Below are positions 1-9,414 of a stretch of DNA of 64,000 nt, piece by piece. Both the position numbers and the translations under genes were made by a program. The DNA is taken from positions 3,264,001 to 3,328,000 of the forward strand of contig CBDDFZ010000001.1 in NCBI GenBank assembly GCA_965227515.1, written 5' to 3'. Under the pieces are notes generated by a model, which worked only from the letters and a program-made list of their open reading frames with translations, was not told where the DNA came from and ran no database searches. Within the stretch, counting starts at the first letter, position 1, and each line of letters starts with the position of its first letter. Source of the stretch: Alphaproteobacteria bacterium (GTDB taxonomy: Bacteria; Pseudomonadota; Alphaproteobacteria; CALKHQ01).

Positions 1-175
1 CGATGTTGCGCAGGTACTGCTGCAATGGCGGATCGATGGCACGCACGGCGAACACGGTCATCAGCGCCAGCATCGCGACCAGGAACGCCGGGCGCACCAA
101 GGGGGGTACCCTCTGGGTTCGCGCTATCGTCTCGCCCGCAATCGGCGCATGGTGAGGCGTAGCCCCCGCGGTCAC
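1..175 (-). CDS. 5' part of probable CHASE2-domain sensor (adenylate/guanylate cyclase-like), truncated by window edge
   Basis: Open frame from GTG at 175 reads ...PLVRPAFLVAMLALMTVFAVRAIDPPLQQYLRNI: a TM helix followed by a DPP..LR motif resembling CHASE2 N-termini. FecR+OmpA genes lie upstream, a common neighbourhood for such sensors. Confidence 0.45.
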   Translation of the reverse strand, partial: MTAGATPHHAPIAGETIARTQRVPPLVRPAFLVAMLALMTVFAVRAIDPPLQQYLRNI

Positions 176-434
176 AATGTTATCCGTGGCCACGATACGC
201 GCCTGTGCGTTGGTCCGATCCCCCGCCGCTTTGCCGCAAGCCACGCCAAGTAAGCGGCGGGTGCCAAGAACAAGCCCCGTCGCCGACCAATTCCATATCG
301 GCAATCCGATATCGGCAACGCGCTGCGGCGTCGTCCGCTTCTTTACCTATTCTGGGCAACTTGGCTCTCGGTATTCCTGACCCGCTTGGCGCTTCCTGCT
401 ACAGCACCATTGTGCGCGGCGCCAAGCATGCCCT

Positions 435-1475
435 CTATTGTACCGAAACTTCAACCCGGCGGTTGCGCGGTTCGTCCACGTTGTCGGCCGTGGGCACCAC
501 AGGGCTGCTCTCGCCGAGCGACGTCGCATCGATCGCATCGGCCTCAATGCCGGCCGCGATCAACGCCTGTCGAACCAGTTCGGCCCGCCGGGTCGACAGC
601 GCGACATTTCCGGCCGGCGCCCCGACAGTATCCGTGTGGCCGGTGACGATCACGCTCTGCACCGGCCGGGACGCCGCCAGGGCGGCAATTTCCGGCAACT
701 GCGCCTCGGATTCCTCGGTCAGCACTGACGTGCCGGGCTCGAAATAGAGGGTGAAGTGCACCGGATCGTCCGGTTCCGCCTCCAATGCCTCTCCGAACAC
801 CTCGCCGACCGTTTCGTCTTCGACTTCCGCTACCGGGGCGGCATCGCCGGTGCGCGCGATGGTGCCCTCGCCGACGTCATCCACTTCGATCTCGCCATCC
901 GGGGTGCCCACGGTCACCGCCGATGGGCCCTGGTCCGGTGGCTCCAGCAGAACGACCATCGCGCCCTGGAGCTGGGCTTCCGCACGCTCCAGCGATTCCA
1001 GGAAGGCGGCGCGGCACGCCTCCATATCCTCCGGCTGGCGGTTCTCTTCCAGCTCCTGCATCAGGCAGTCGTAGCGCGCCTGCGCACGGGCTGCATCGTC
1101 CGGCGCGAACTCCTTTGCGCCGTTGGTCAGGGCACGCATCAGGCGGACGCGCGCGTCGATCATCGGCTGGACCTGGTCTTCCGGCAGATCCCGAAACGCC
1201 ACGTCTTCCGGTTCAACCGTTTCGCCCGCCGCCACCAATTGCGCACGCAGGTAGAAGGTTTCGCCGTCGCGCCAATCCTGTTCGGCGACCTCCTCTGCCG
1301 CGACCTCCAGATATCCCCGATACAGGGCCTGATCGAACGGCGACAGGCCGTCGGGAATGTCCGCGGCGTCGTCGAGCTGGCGCTGCCCGATTGCGCAACC
1401 GGCCATGGCGAGCACCATGGCGGCCACGGCAACAAACCTAGCGCAGTGGCGCAATTTCGGCGCGCCCACGATCAT
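435..1475 (-). CDS. OmpA-family peptidoglycan-binding lipoprotein
   Basis: Lipobox LAMAGC; C-terminal OmpA motifs GHTDTVG..NVALSTRRA..RNRRVEV. Confidence 0.9.
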   Translation of the reverse strand: MIVGAPKLRHCARFVAVAAMVLAMAGCAIGQRQLDDAADIPDGLSPFDQALYRGYLEVAAEEVAEQDWRDGETFYLRAQLVAAGETVEPEDVAFRDLPEDQVQPMIDARVRLMRALTNGAKEFAPDDAARAQARYDCLMQELEENRQPEDMEACRAAFLESLERAEAQLQGAMVVLLEPPDQGPSAVTVGTPDGEIEVDDVGEGTIARTGDAAPVAEVEDETVGEVFGEALEAEPDDPVHFTLYFEPGTSVLTEESEAQLPEIAALAASRPVQSVIVTGHTDTVGAPAGNVALSTRRAELVRQALIAAGIEADAIDATSLGESSPVVPTADNVDEPRNRRVEVSVQ

Positions 1476-1909
1476 GACACCGAGATCGCGAACCGCGTGC
1501 CGCGGATGCCGATGACGCCGAACGGAGTCTCGAAGATTACGTTCTCCGGTGCGATCTCACCGATCTCACCCGTGGTCACCACCAGGGTGCCCTCCATGAT
1601 GGCGCCAATGAGCGAGAAGTTCTGGGCGATCGGGTCCATTTCGTACACCACGAGGGTGAATACGCTGTTGGGCCCCAACGACAGCAGCGTGTCGTCCTTG
1701 AGCGTGATGCCGACCGACCCGTCGGTCGATGTCACGACGGTATCGCCGGCATTGACGATAGAGCCGCTGGTCAGCGCGATATTGCTGCCCGAGCGCTCGA
1801 CATGGACCTGCCCGGAAATGGTCATCACCACACCCGCGGCACGGCTCTGTGCGAAGCTGGATTCGCTGGTCAGGGCCAGCAGCAACAGTGCCCCGCCCAA
1901 GAACGCCAT
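1472..1909 (-). CDS. FecR-domain periplasmic protein (start could be further upstream, up to 2062)
   Basis: Signal peptide then FecR-like GDTVVT..DG.V.ITLKDDT.LSLGPNS and TPFGVIGIRGT; overlaps the OmpA start by 4 bp. Confidence 0.8.
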   Translation of the reverse strand: MAFLGGALLLLALTSESSFAQSRAAGVVMTISGQVHVERSGSNIALTSGSIVNAGDTVVTSTDGSVGITLKDDTLLSLGPNSVFTLVVYEMDPIAQNFSLIGAIMEGTLVVTTGEIGEIAPENVIFETPFGVIGIRGTRFAISVS

Positions 1910-2617
1910 TGTGCGGGCCAACACTATTGAATTTGAAAGTAGTAGCCGCGCCACTAAGGGCCTCGTGCGAAAGTGTGCCGCGACACCGCCGGCTGGCAAC
2001 CTGTTTGTGAGGGGCATTGGATTGGCATTTTTCTTGGTTAACATGGCGAATTGGGTCCGCACGCTTGTTCAATACGATGCTCCCCGCCCCGCCCGGCAAC
2101 CTACCATAATGTAATCGCCAGTCCACAACCAGGGTCGTTTCAGAGGTCATCATTCTTGAACTTCGCGGACTTCAGGCGAGGCGATTTGCGCGGGAAATGC
2201 CACCGCGTTGACGTTGGCAAGAGGGGCCTTGCCGGCCGCCGCAGGCAGAACGGCGCCACTGCCGATTGAATTTCTTGCCCGCCACGGCGGCCCCGGACCG
2301 GCTGACTTTGAAATCTGAGCGTAAAGATACGGCAACGAACTGGTCATCGGATCCGAATCTGGCTAGGGTGCACTTCCAGATCGCCTGATTCGCAAACACA
2401 AGATGCTGTGTCGCGGCGACTGGACGGTGGCAGATTTGGCAATGCACTCGGCTGTTCACCGAGACCATCCTGGTTCGAGCCCAGGCCGTCCAACCAACCG
2501 GACGAGACTTTGCCAAACGTCCCCCTACCCCCTTAGCGCGAGTGGTTGCGTCTAGCTGAATTGGCTACGATGAAGTCGCGTTCGCCTACGATCGGCCGCG
2601 TTTCCTGACACGTACGC

Positions 2618-2657
2618 AAGAAAAAGGGCACCGCCAGCCGTGCCGGCGATGCCCTTT
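2618..2657 (-). terminator. Intrinsic terminator of the L,D-transpeptidase gene
   Basis: Stem AAAGGGCA.CGCC / GGCG.TGCCCTTT followed by a T-run on the minus strand, 18 bp after the stop. Confidence 0.75.
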
Positions 2658-2675
2658 GCTAGCCCGTAAACGAGG

Positions 2676-4388
2676 TCAGTTGGCGGCGATCTGCGTGTCG
2701 CTGGCAGCCGCCACGCTCGCAATGATCTCGCTCACCAGCCGCGAGTCCCGGTCGTAGATGTCGCGACGGAACTGGACGCTGCCGTCATCGCCGACCCAAG
2801 CGGTCTGGTAGGTGATGTAGACCGGAAGCGTCTGCGCCAGGCTGATATCCCGGGTGCGGCCCGAATTGATCAGGGTGGAAATCCGCTCCCGCGTGTAGGA
2901 CGGGTCCACGCCAAGCACGAACTCGGCCAGGTCCAACGGGTGCTGCACCCGGATGCAGCCGTGGCTGAACATCCGTGTCGTGCGCTGGAACAGCGGCTGG
3001 GTCGGCGTGTCATGCAGGTAGACGGCATGCCCATTGGGGAACATGAACTTGATGTTGCCCAAGGCGTTGCCGACACCCGGCTCCTGCCGCAGCGAATATG
3101 GGAACGTACGGCCGGCGTAGGAGGCCCAGTCGATCAGGATCGGATTGATCTCGCTGCCGCCCGAATAGATGCGAATGTTCCGGTTCAGCAGATAGAACGG
3201 GTCGTTGATCAGGGCCGGCAGATATTCCTCCGTGGCGATGCTCGACGGCACGTGCCAGTAGGGGTTCATCTGGACGTATTCCATGCTGTCGTTGAACACC
3301 GGGGTTTGGTTTTCCTGGGTGCCCACGATCACCCGCATGGTCAACTGCTCGGTGCGCGAGGCGTCGTACGCCGTCAGATGGAAGCCCGGCACATTCACCA
3401 TGATGTACCGGTCGCCCAGTTCGCGGGGCAACCAGCGCCAGCGCTCCAGGCCGACCTCCAGTTGCTCGATGCGGTCCTCGATCGGAGTATTCAACTCCGC
3501 GAAGGTGCGCGGGCCGACGACGGCATCGACCAGCAGGCCGTGCCGCTCCTGGAACAGCTTGACCGCATCGGCCAAGCCCTGGTCGTAAGCATTCGGGTCG
3601 GAGACCTGATCGGCCGGCACGGTGTATTCGCCGGTTACCCGCAGGCGGTCGCGCAGCGCGGCAACGGCGTTGCCGTAGTCGCCCGGCTCCAGGTTGCTGC
3701 CTTCGGGCACCTGCGGCCAGCCGCCGGCGGCGGCCAAGGCCCGGTAGGCCTCAAGCGCCTCTTGGATGCGCGCATATTGCGGATGCGTCGGCGCCATTGC
3801 GGCAATCGCTTCTTCGACCGCGCCAGTGTCCGCGGCATAGCGCAGAGGCTGCAACAACGCCCGGTTCGGCTCGTGGATACGCACGCCGCCATACTGCTCG
3901 CCCTGGCGATAGCGGCCTTCCATCACATTGATGCCGAAGTCCACAAACGCCTCGGTCAAGCTGAGTTCGAGAAGCGCCAGATCCTCCGCCTCGGTCGAAT
4001 TCATCAGCGCGTCCAAATTGGCCGGCAGATAGTTCACCGAATGGAGGCCATGGCTCGCAGCATCGCCCAGCGCCTCATACAACGCCCAGCCGGCCTCATT
4101 CAGCCCCTCGTCATTGGTCCACGCAGGCGCATATTGGCGTCCGACATAGAACTCCGACACCGTCTGTTGCACCTGCAGATCGCCCGCGCTGAGCAGCGTG
4201 GCCAGATACTCCGCGACGCCGCCGACAACGGCTACGTCGGCAACCGCCGCGTCACCCTGATTCTCGACATCGACCCGCACTTCGGCCATTGCCGTTGCCG
4301 AGCCTCCGGCGATCGAAAGGGCGACAAGCGCCGCAGCTGTGCGCCTGCAGCGCTGGTTCAGTTCTGCTCTGAAATCCAATCGGATCAC
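2676..4388 (-). CDS. YcbB/LdtD-type L,D-transpeptidase with peptidoglycan-binding domain
   Basis: Signal peptide; AVKLFQERHGLLVDAVVGPRT PG-binding motif; catalytic YLHDTP...SHGCIRV. Confidence 0.93.
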   Translation of the reverse strand: MIRLDFRAELNQRCRRTAAALVALSIAGGSATAMAEVRVDVENQGDAAVADVAVVGGVAEYLATLLSAGDLQVQQTVSEFYVGRQYAPAWTNDEGLNEAGWALYEALGDAASHGLHSVNYLPANLDALMNSTEAEDLALLELSLTEAFVDFGINVMEGRYRQGEQYGGVRIHEPNRALLQPLRYAADTGAVEEAIAAMAPTHPQYARIQEALEAYRALAAAGGWPQVPEGSNLEPGDYGNAVAALRDRLRVTGEYTVPADQVSDPNAYDQGLADAVKLFQERHGLLVDAVVGPRTFAELNTPIEDRIEQLEVGLERWRWLPRELGDRYIMVNVPGFHLTAYDASRTEQLTMRVIVGTQENQTPVFNDSMEYVQMNPYWHVPSSIATEEYLPALINDPFYLLNRNIRIYSGGSEINPILIDWASYAGRTFPYSLRQEPGVGNALGNIKFMFPNGHAVYLHDTPTQPLFQRTTRMFSHGCIRVQHPLDLAEFVLGVDPSYTRERISTLINSGRTRDISLAQTLPVYITYQTAWVGDDGSVQFRRDIYDRDSRLVSEIIASVAAASDTQIAAN

Positions 4389-4721
4389 AGTGACCTCCGA
4401 GATGAATGGTCCGCTTTTTCAACCGGCGGACGAGAAGCGTGGCGTAACGTGTCAGCCTAGGGCCTGATTCAAGCGCGCAACCTACCGATTACTCCAACAC
4501 CCGGCAAGGCGCTTCGTTTCACTCTAAGGAGAGCAGCCACCCTCTTCCACTTGCGCCACACGCCGCCAGTCTGCACATTGGCGCGCCCTACAAGGCCAGC
4601 GCCGCGTGTGCCGTTGCAGTTGGCTATGGAACAAGATTTTGGCGAAATCTGGAGCGCATGTTTGCCGGGCCACGGAATCTAGGGTGGTCTTGCCGATAAG
4701 GGAAACTGGGGAACGACGCCG

Positions 4722-5198
4722 ATGAGGAGATGGATGGCCGCGATGGCGGCGGGATGTGCGATCGCGATGACCGGCTTGGCCGCCGGCAGCGCGGAAGCCG
4801 GCGGAACGATCGTGACGGCGCAGGGCGAGTTGCCGTTCGACGGCCTGTTCGTCAACGATGTCGGCGCGCTGGACGTCACCTCGTTCGGGGCGCGGATGAG
4901 CATCGTGTTCAAGTCCGTCAGCCAGATCGAGTTCGTCAGCGTCGAGCCGGAGAACCAGGTCGCCACCATTCGAATCACCTTCCACGACGGCTACGCGATG
5001 CCGGCCGAGTTCCCCCTGGCCGAGAACACGCCGTGGCTGGTGATCGGCAGCTACGGTCACGCGTTCTACGACCTGGATGCGCTGATGGCCGGCGCGATCG
5101 ACCGCATCGAATTCGACCCGCCGGAGGACGAGGGCAGCGAGGGCGACGGCGAAGGAGACGAAGGCGCCGATAACGGTGCCTCCGGCGACGCGGGCTGA
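4722..5198 (+). CDS. Hypothetical secreted protein with acidic tail
   Basis: Signal-peptide-like N-terminus, typical codon usage, D/E/G-rich C-terminus. Confidence 0.7.
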   Translation: MRRWMAAMAAGCAIAMTGLAAGSAEAGGTIVTAQGELPFDGLFVNDVGALDVTSFGARMSIVFKSVSQIEFVSVEPENQVATIRITFHDGYAMPAEFPLAENTPWLVIGSYGHAFYDLDALMAGAIDRIEFDPPEDEGSEGDGEGDEGADNGASGDAG

Positions 5199-5234
5199 CC
5201 GGCCGTCGCCGCGGTGAGCCGCCCCGGTCCTGCA

Positions 5235-6152
5235 ATGCCGCACCTCGCCACCGACGCGACCGAACTCTTCGGCATCGTTCCCAGCCTGAACACACCGTTC
5301 GACGCCGACAACGGCATCGACGAGCCGTCCATTCCCCGGCTGATCGACTACGTCACCGACGCGGGCTGCGCCGGCGCCCTCACCCTGGCCGCGGCCGGCG
5401 AGACCGTGCACCTGAGCGCGCCGGAATGGCATCGCATCGCGGACGCCACTTGCGCCGCAGCGGCGGGCCGGCTGCCGATCCTGCTGTCGGTCACCGCGCC
5501 CGATCTGGAGGCGAGCCTGGAGCGCGCCCGCGCCGCGCGGCGCCTGAAGGTCATGGGCATATTGTGGCAGCCGCCGGCCGCGTTCGGACGCGATGAAATC
5601 GGCGATGGGATGGTGCGGCTGAGCGATGAGGGCATCGGTTCGGTGATGCTGCAGGACCTGGATTTTGTCGGCAACGGCTATCCGGTCGCCTGGATCGGCG
5701 GCTGGTTCGACGCGGTCGAGGGTTTCACCAGCATCAAGATCGAGAACAACGATGCGGGCCCGAAATACACCGCCGTCCAGGAGATAACCGGCGACAAGCT
5801 GCACATCACCGGCGGCTGGGCGGTGCGTACGATGATCGACGCCATGGAGCGCGGGGTCGCCGCCTTCATCCCCACGGGCATGGAGCCGGTGTACGTGGCA
5901 ATCGACCGGTGGTGGCGCGCCGGCGAACGGGCACGTGCCGAGGCGCTGTTCCGCGCCGCCTTCCCTGCCCTGGACTTCGCCACCCGCAACCTCGAGCACT
6001 CGATCCGCTTCTTCAAGCGCATGCGGCTCAAGACAGGTATCTTCTCCACCGACCGGGTGCGCGTGGACCCTCCGGTACTCAGCCCGGAGGACGCGGCCGA
6101 GGCCGACCGCCTGATCGCGCTTGCCGGCGCGTTGGAGGCCGGGCTGGACTGA
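5235..6152 (+). CDS. DHDPS/N-acetylneuraminate lyase family protein
   Basis: GIVPSLNTPF..D, AAAGE, Schiff-base lysine in SIKIE. Confidence 0.85.
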   Translation: MPHLATDATELFGIVPSLNTPFDADNGIDEPSIPRLIDYVTDAGCAGALTLAAAGETVHLSAPEWHRIADATCAAAAGRLPILLSVTAPDLEASLERARAARRLKVMGILWQPPAAFGRDEIGDGMVRLSDEGIGSVMLQDLDFVGNGYPVAWIGGWFDAVEGFTSIKIENNDAGPKYTAVQEITGDKLHITGGWAVRTMIDAMERGVAAFIPTGMEPVYVAIDRWWRAGERARAEALFRAAFPALDFATRNLEHSIRFFKRMRLKTGIFSTDRVRVDPPVLSPEDAAEADRLIALAGALEAGLD

Positions 6153-6230
6153 TGCCGTAGCCGCGTTGACAGCCGGCACCACCGCTCCCAAGATGCCCGA
6201 AAACATGAGGAAACGCCGAGAGGAACGCCG

Positions 6231-7439
6231 ATGGCCGCGTCCATCATCAACCGTGTCGAAGTGACCAGCTTCAGCTTCGCCGCCCCCAATCTGGGCGTGG
6301 TCGAAAGCGACGAGCGTGGTGCCGACCATGCCGGCGGCGCGCCTGGCGGCGCCCTGGAGTATGTGCCGGGCGCCAGCACCGACCTGATGCGCTATGCGGT
6401 AGCGATCGAGACCTTGGACGGCTGCCGGGGCGAGTACGTCACCCATTGGGTGGGCAGCCAGGCGGCCTTGGCCCAGACCCTGATGCTGGCGCCGTCGCTG
6501 CTGGGCCGCGATGCCGAGGCGCGCGAAGGCATCTACGACGACCTCAAGCGCGAAATCCGCCAGTTCGACCACATGGGCCATGGGCCGCTGGATATCGCCC
6601 TGTGGGACCTGGCCGGGCGCAAGTACGGCTGCTCTGTCGCAACCTTGCTCGGCGGCTATCGCACCCGCCTGCCTGCCTATGCCTCCACCTACCACGGCGA
6701 CCGGAATGGCGGCCTGGACAGCAAGGAGGCGTTCGCCGACTTCGCGGTCGCCTGCGGCGAGATGGGCTACACCGCCTTCAAGATCCATGGCTGGCACGAA
6801 GGCGACCGGGTCGAGGAAGCCGAGAACGTGCTGCACACCCGCAAGGTCGTCGGCGACCGCATGGTGCTGATGCTGGACCCGGCCTGCGAGCTGCGCACCT
6901 TCGCCGACGCGCTCTATGTTGGCTGCGCCTGCGACGAGGCCGACTATTTCTGGTACGAGGACCCGTTCCGCGATGCCGGCACAAGCGCCTTCGCCCACAA
7001 GCGGCTGCGCGAGAAGATCAAGACCCCGATCCTGCAAACCGAGCACATCCGCGGGCTGGAGCCGAAGGCCGACTTCGTGATCGCCGGCGGCACCGACATC
7101 CTGCGCTCCGACCCCGAATACGACATGGGCATCACCGGCGCGATGAAGACGGCGCACCTGGCCGAGGCGCTGGGGCTGGACTGCGAGGTCCACGCATCGG
7201 GCCCCGCCCACCGCGCGGTGATGAGCGCGATGCGCAACACCAACTACTACGAGGTGGCGCTGGTCCACCCGGATTGCCCGAACGCGATACCGCCGGTCTA
7301 TACGTGCGGCTATACCGACCAACTCGACTGCATCGATGCCGATGGCACGGTGCCGGTGCCCGATGGACCCGGCCTTGGCGTGGATTACGATTGGTCGTAT
7401 ATCGACGCCAACGTCATGAGCCGGCAGGTGTTCTCATGA
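6231..7439 (+). CDS. Mandelate racemase/muconate lactonizing (enolase superfamily) enzyme
   Basis: DIALWDLAG, KIH, metal ligands in LMLD/WYED/QTE, PDGPGLGV. Confidence 0.9.
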   Translation: MAASIINRVEVTSFSFAAPNLGVVESDERGADHAGGAPGGALEYVPGASTDLMRYAVAIETLDGCRGEYVTHWVGSQAALAQTLMLAPSLLGRDAEAREGIYDDLKREIRQFDHMGHGPLDIALWDLAGRKYGCSVATLLGGYRTRLPAYASTYHGDRNGGLDSKEAFADFAVACGEMGYTAFKIHGWHEGDRVEEAENVLHTRKVVGDRMVLMLDPACELRTFADALYVGCACDEADYFWYEDPFRDAGTSAFAHKRLREKIKTPILQTEHIRGLEPKADFVIAGGTDILRSDPEYDMGITGAMKTAHLAEALGLDCEVHASGPAHRAVMSAMRNTNYYEVALVHPDCPNAIPPVYTCGYTDQLDCIDADGTVPVPDGPGLGVDYDWSYIDANVMSRQVFS

Positions 7440-7463
7440 CGGCCCTGTGGGAGGGACCGGATA

Positions 7464-8324
7464 ATGCGTGATTTCGCGCCCGACGGCTTCGATGTCGACG
7501 AGGCCGTCGCCGAGCTGTTGGAGGGCAGCGGCGGCCTGTGTTTCCCCCAGGCCATTTCGCCGGAAAAGGTGGCGGACGTTCGCGCACGGGTGATGGAGCT
7601 CTCCGAATGCGAGGCGCCGAAAGTCACCCACTTCCAGGAGACCGGCGGCGACCAGGACTTGCTGCACAAGCAGCGCCGGGTCTGGAACCTGCTCGCCAAG
7701 GGCGATGTGTTTTCGGAAATGGCGACGCTGCCGGCGGTGATGAAGCTGATGCGCACCTTCCTGGGCGACGAGTTCATCATGGGCTCGATCTGCGCATCGC
7801 GTTTGCTGCCCGGCAGCCCCGGCCAGGAACCGCACATCGACTACCCCTATTGGGACTTCCACAAGCCGAAGAGCTTCCCGGTCCACACCAACGCGACATT
7901 CCCGCTGAACGCGCAGGCGACCATCGTGCTCGACCCGTTCACCGAGGAGTCCGGCGCCACGGCCTTCATGCCGGGATCGCAGCGGCAGATGCGCTATCCC
8001 TCGTCAGAGGACAATTTCTTCGATACATGCGCGCGGATGACCGGCGATCCGGGCGACGTCTTCGTGTTTTTCGGCGCTGCCTGGCACTGCGCCATGCCGA
8101 ACAATTCCGACCACGACCGCTCGGCGATCCTCATCGAGTACCTGCCGAAATTCGTGAAACCAGTGGAGGATATGCTGAGCCATCTGAACGACGACTTCCT
8201 GGACCGGGCGGACCCTTTGCTCCGTCAGCTCCTGGGCTTCGACTACCCCTATCCCCAGAATTTCGAGGCCAGCCCGGCCGTCAGTGCGGAGGGTCGGGGT
8301 GGGACTGAACAGCATGCCAACTGA
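7464..8324 (+). CDS. Phytanoyl-CoA dioxygenase (PhyH)-family Fe(II)/2-oxoglutarate dioxygenase
   Basis: HID (HxD) motif, GAT.FMPGS, distal WH...N...R. Confidence 0.88.
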   Translation: MRDFAPDGFDVDEAVAELLEGSGGLCFPQAISPEKVADVRARVMELSECEAPKVTHFQETGGDQDLLHKQRRVWNLLAKGDVFSEMATLPAVMKLMRTFLGDEFIMGSICASRLLPGSPGQEPHIDYPYWDFHKPKSFPVHTNATFPLNAQATIVLDPFTEESGATAFMPGSQRQMRYPSSEDNFFDTCARMTGDPGDVFVFFGAAWHCAMPNNSDHDRSAILIEYLPKFVKPVEDMLSHLNDDFLDRADPLLRQLLGFDYPYPQNFEASPAVSAEGRGGTEQHAN

Positions 8325-9033
8325 TATCGATCAGGACACCCAGGCGAAGCTGGCCAAGGTCAGCACCGCCACGCTGACCACCTGCCTGTTCAAGCGCGGG
8401 TTGCGCAATGTCTTCATCCAGGGCATCCACCGCATCAACCCGAAGGCCGGGCGTATGGTCGGCCCTGCGTTCACCATGCGCTATATCCCGGCGCGGGAGG
8501 ATCTGGATACGCTGGACGTGTTCCAGGGCACCAAGCACCCACAGCGCCGCGCGGTGGAGGATATTCCGCCGGGCTGTGTCTTCGTGATCGACAGCCGCAA
8601 GGACGCGCGCGCCGCATCCGCCGGGGATATCCTGATCACCCGCATGATGGTGCGCGGCGTGGCCGGGGTGGTGACCGACGGCGGTTTCCGCGACACGCCG
8701 ACCATCGAGGGATTGGACATTCCCTGCTATCACGCCCATGCGGCGGCACCGACCAATCTGGTGCATCACCACGCGACCGACCTGAACGTGCCGATCGGCT
8801 GCGGCGACGTGCCGGTCTATCCCGGCGACATCATCGTCGGCGACGACGAGGGTGTGGTGGTGATCCCCCGGCACCTCGCCGCCGAGGTCGCCGAGGAGTC
8901 GACGGAAATGACCGCCTACGAGGACTTCGTCTCCGAGCAAGTCCAGGGCGGCGCCGGCATCTTCGGGCTCTATCCGCCAAGCGACGAGTCCCGGGCCAAG
9001 TTCGCCGAGTGGCGCAAGGCCAACGGCCGCTGA
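8314..9033 (+). CDS. RraA/HMG-aldolase family protein
   Basis: GPAFTMRY, AGVVTDGGFRD, VYPGDIIVGDDEGVVVIP. Confidence 0.88.
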   Translation: MPTDIDQDTQAKLAKVSTATLTTCLFKRGLRNVFIQGIHRINPKAGRMVGPAFTMRYIPAREDLDTLDVFQGTKHPQRRAVEDIPPGCVFVIDSRKDARAASAGDILITRMMVRGVAGVVTDGGFRDTPTIEGLDIPCYHAHAAAPTNLVHHHATDLNVPIGCGDVPVYPGDIIVGDDEGVVVIPRHLAAEVAEESTEMTAYEDFVSEQVQGGAGIFGLYPPSDESRAKFAEWRKANGR

Positions 9034-9053
9034 ACCCATCGGTTCCTGTACCA

Positions 9054-9093
9054 GGCTGCGTCTTCACCGTAGGACGCAGCCCGTGTTTTTCTT
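9054..9093 (+). terminator. Intrinsic terminator
   Basis: GGCTGCGTC / GACGCAGCC stem followed by a T-rich tail. Confidence 0.75.
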
Positions 9094-9414
9094 CAGAACA
9101 TCTCGGGCTGTCTACTTTGAATGTTCATTCAAGATTTCTAGTCTTGGGGTGAAACATGATCATTCAATACATTGCGATCTTGATTGTAATGTTTCGCAAT
9201 CTCGACGCCATAACACGCCAATTTAAGAATAACGAAATCATATAGGGATAGACCGGCAGGCACGCGGTGCCGGGGGCCGGTCATGACAGTGATTTGATTG
9301 CAGCGCCGCTTGACTGACACAAGCTGCAGCGCGCGCCGGTCGGCGTGTCGCGATGCAGCAATGTGCAGACAGGCGCAGTCCGCAGGTGCGGAACGCGCGA
9401 ATGTTGGAACTGTC

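Noticed and set aside
2063-2617. Small ORFs or an ncRNA in the long intergenic region
   Set aside because: No RBS, motif or recognisable structure supports them
4524-7322. 932-aa minus-strand ORF
   Set aside because: Antisense shadow of three well-supported plus-strand genes; typical of high-GC DNA and has no motifs
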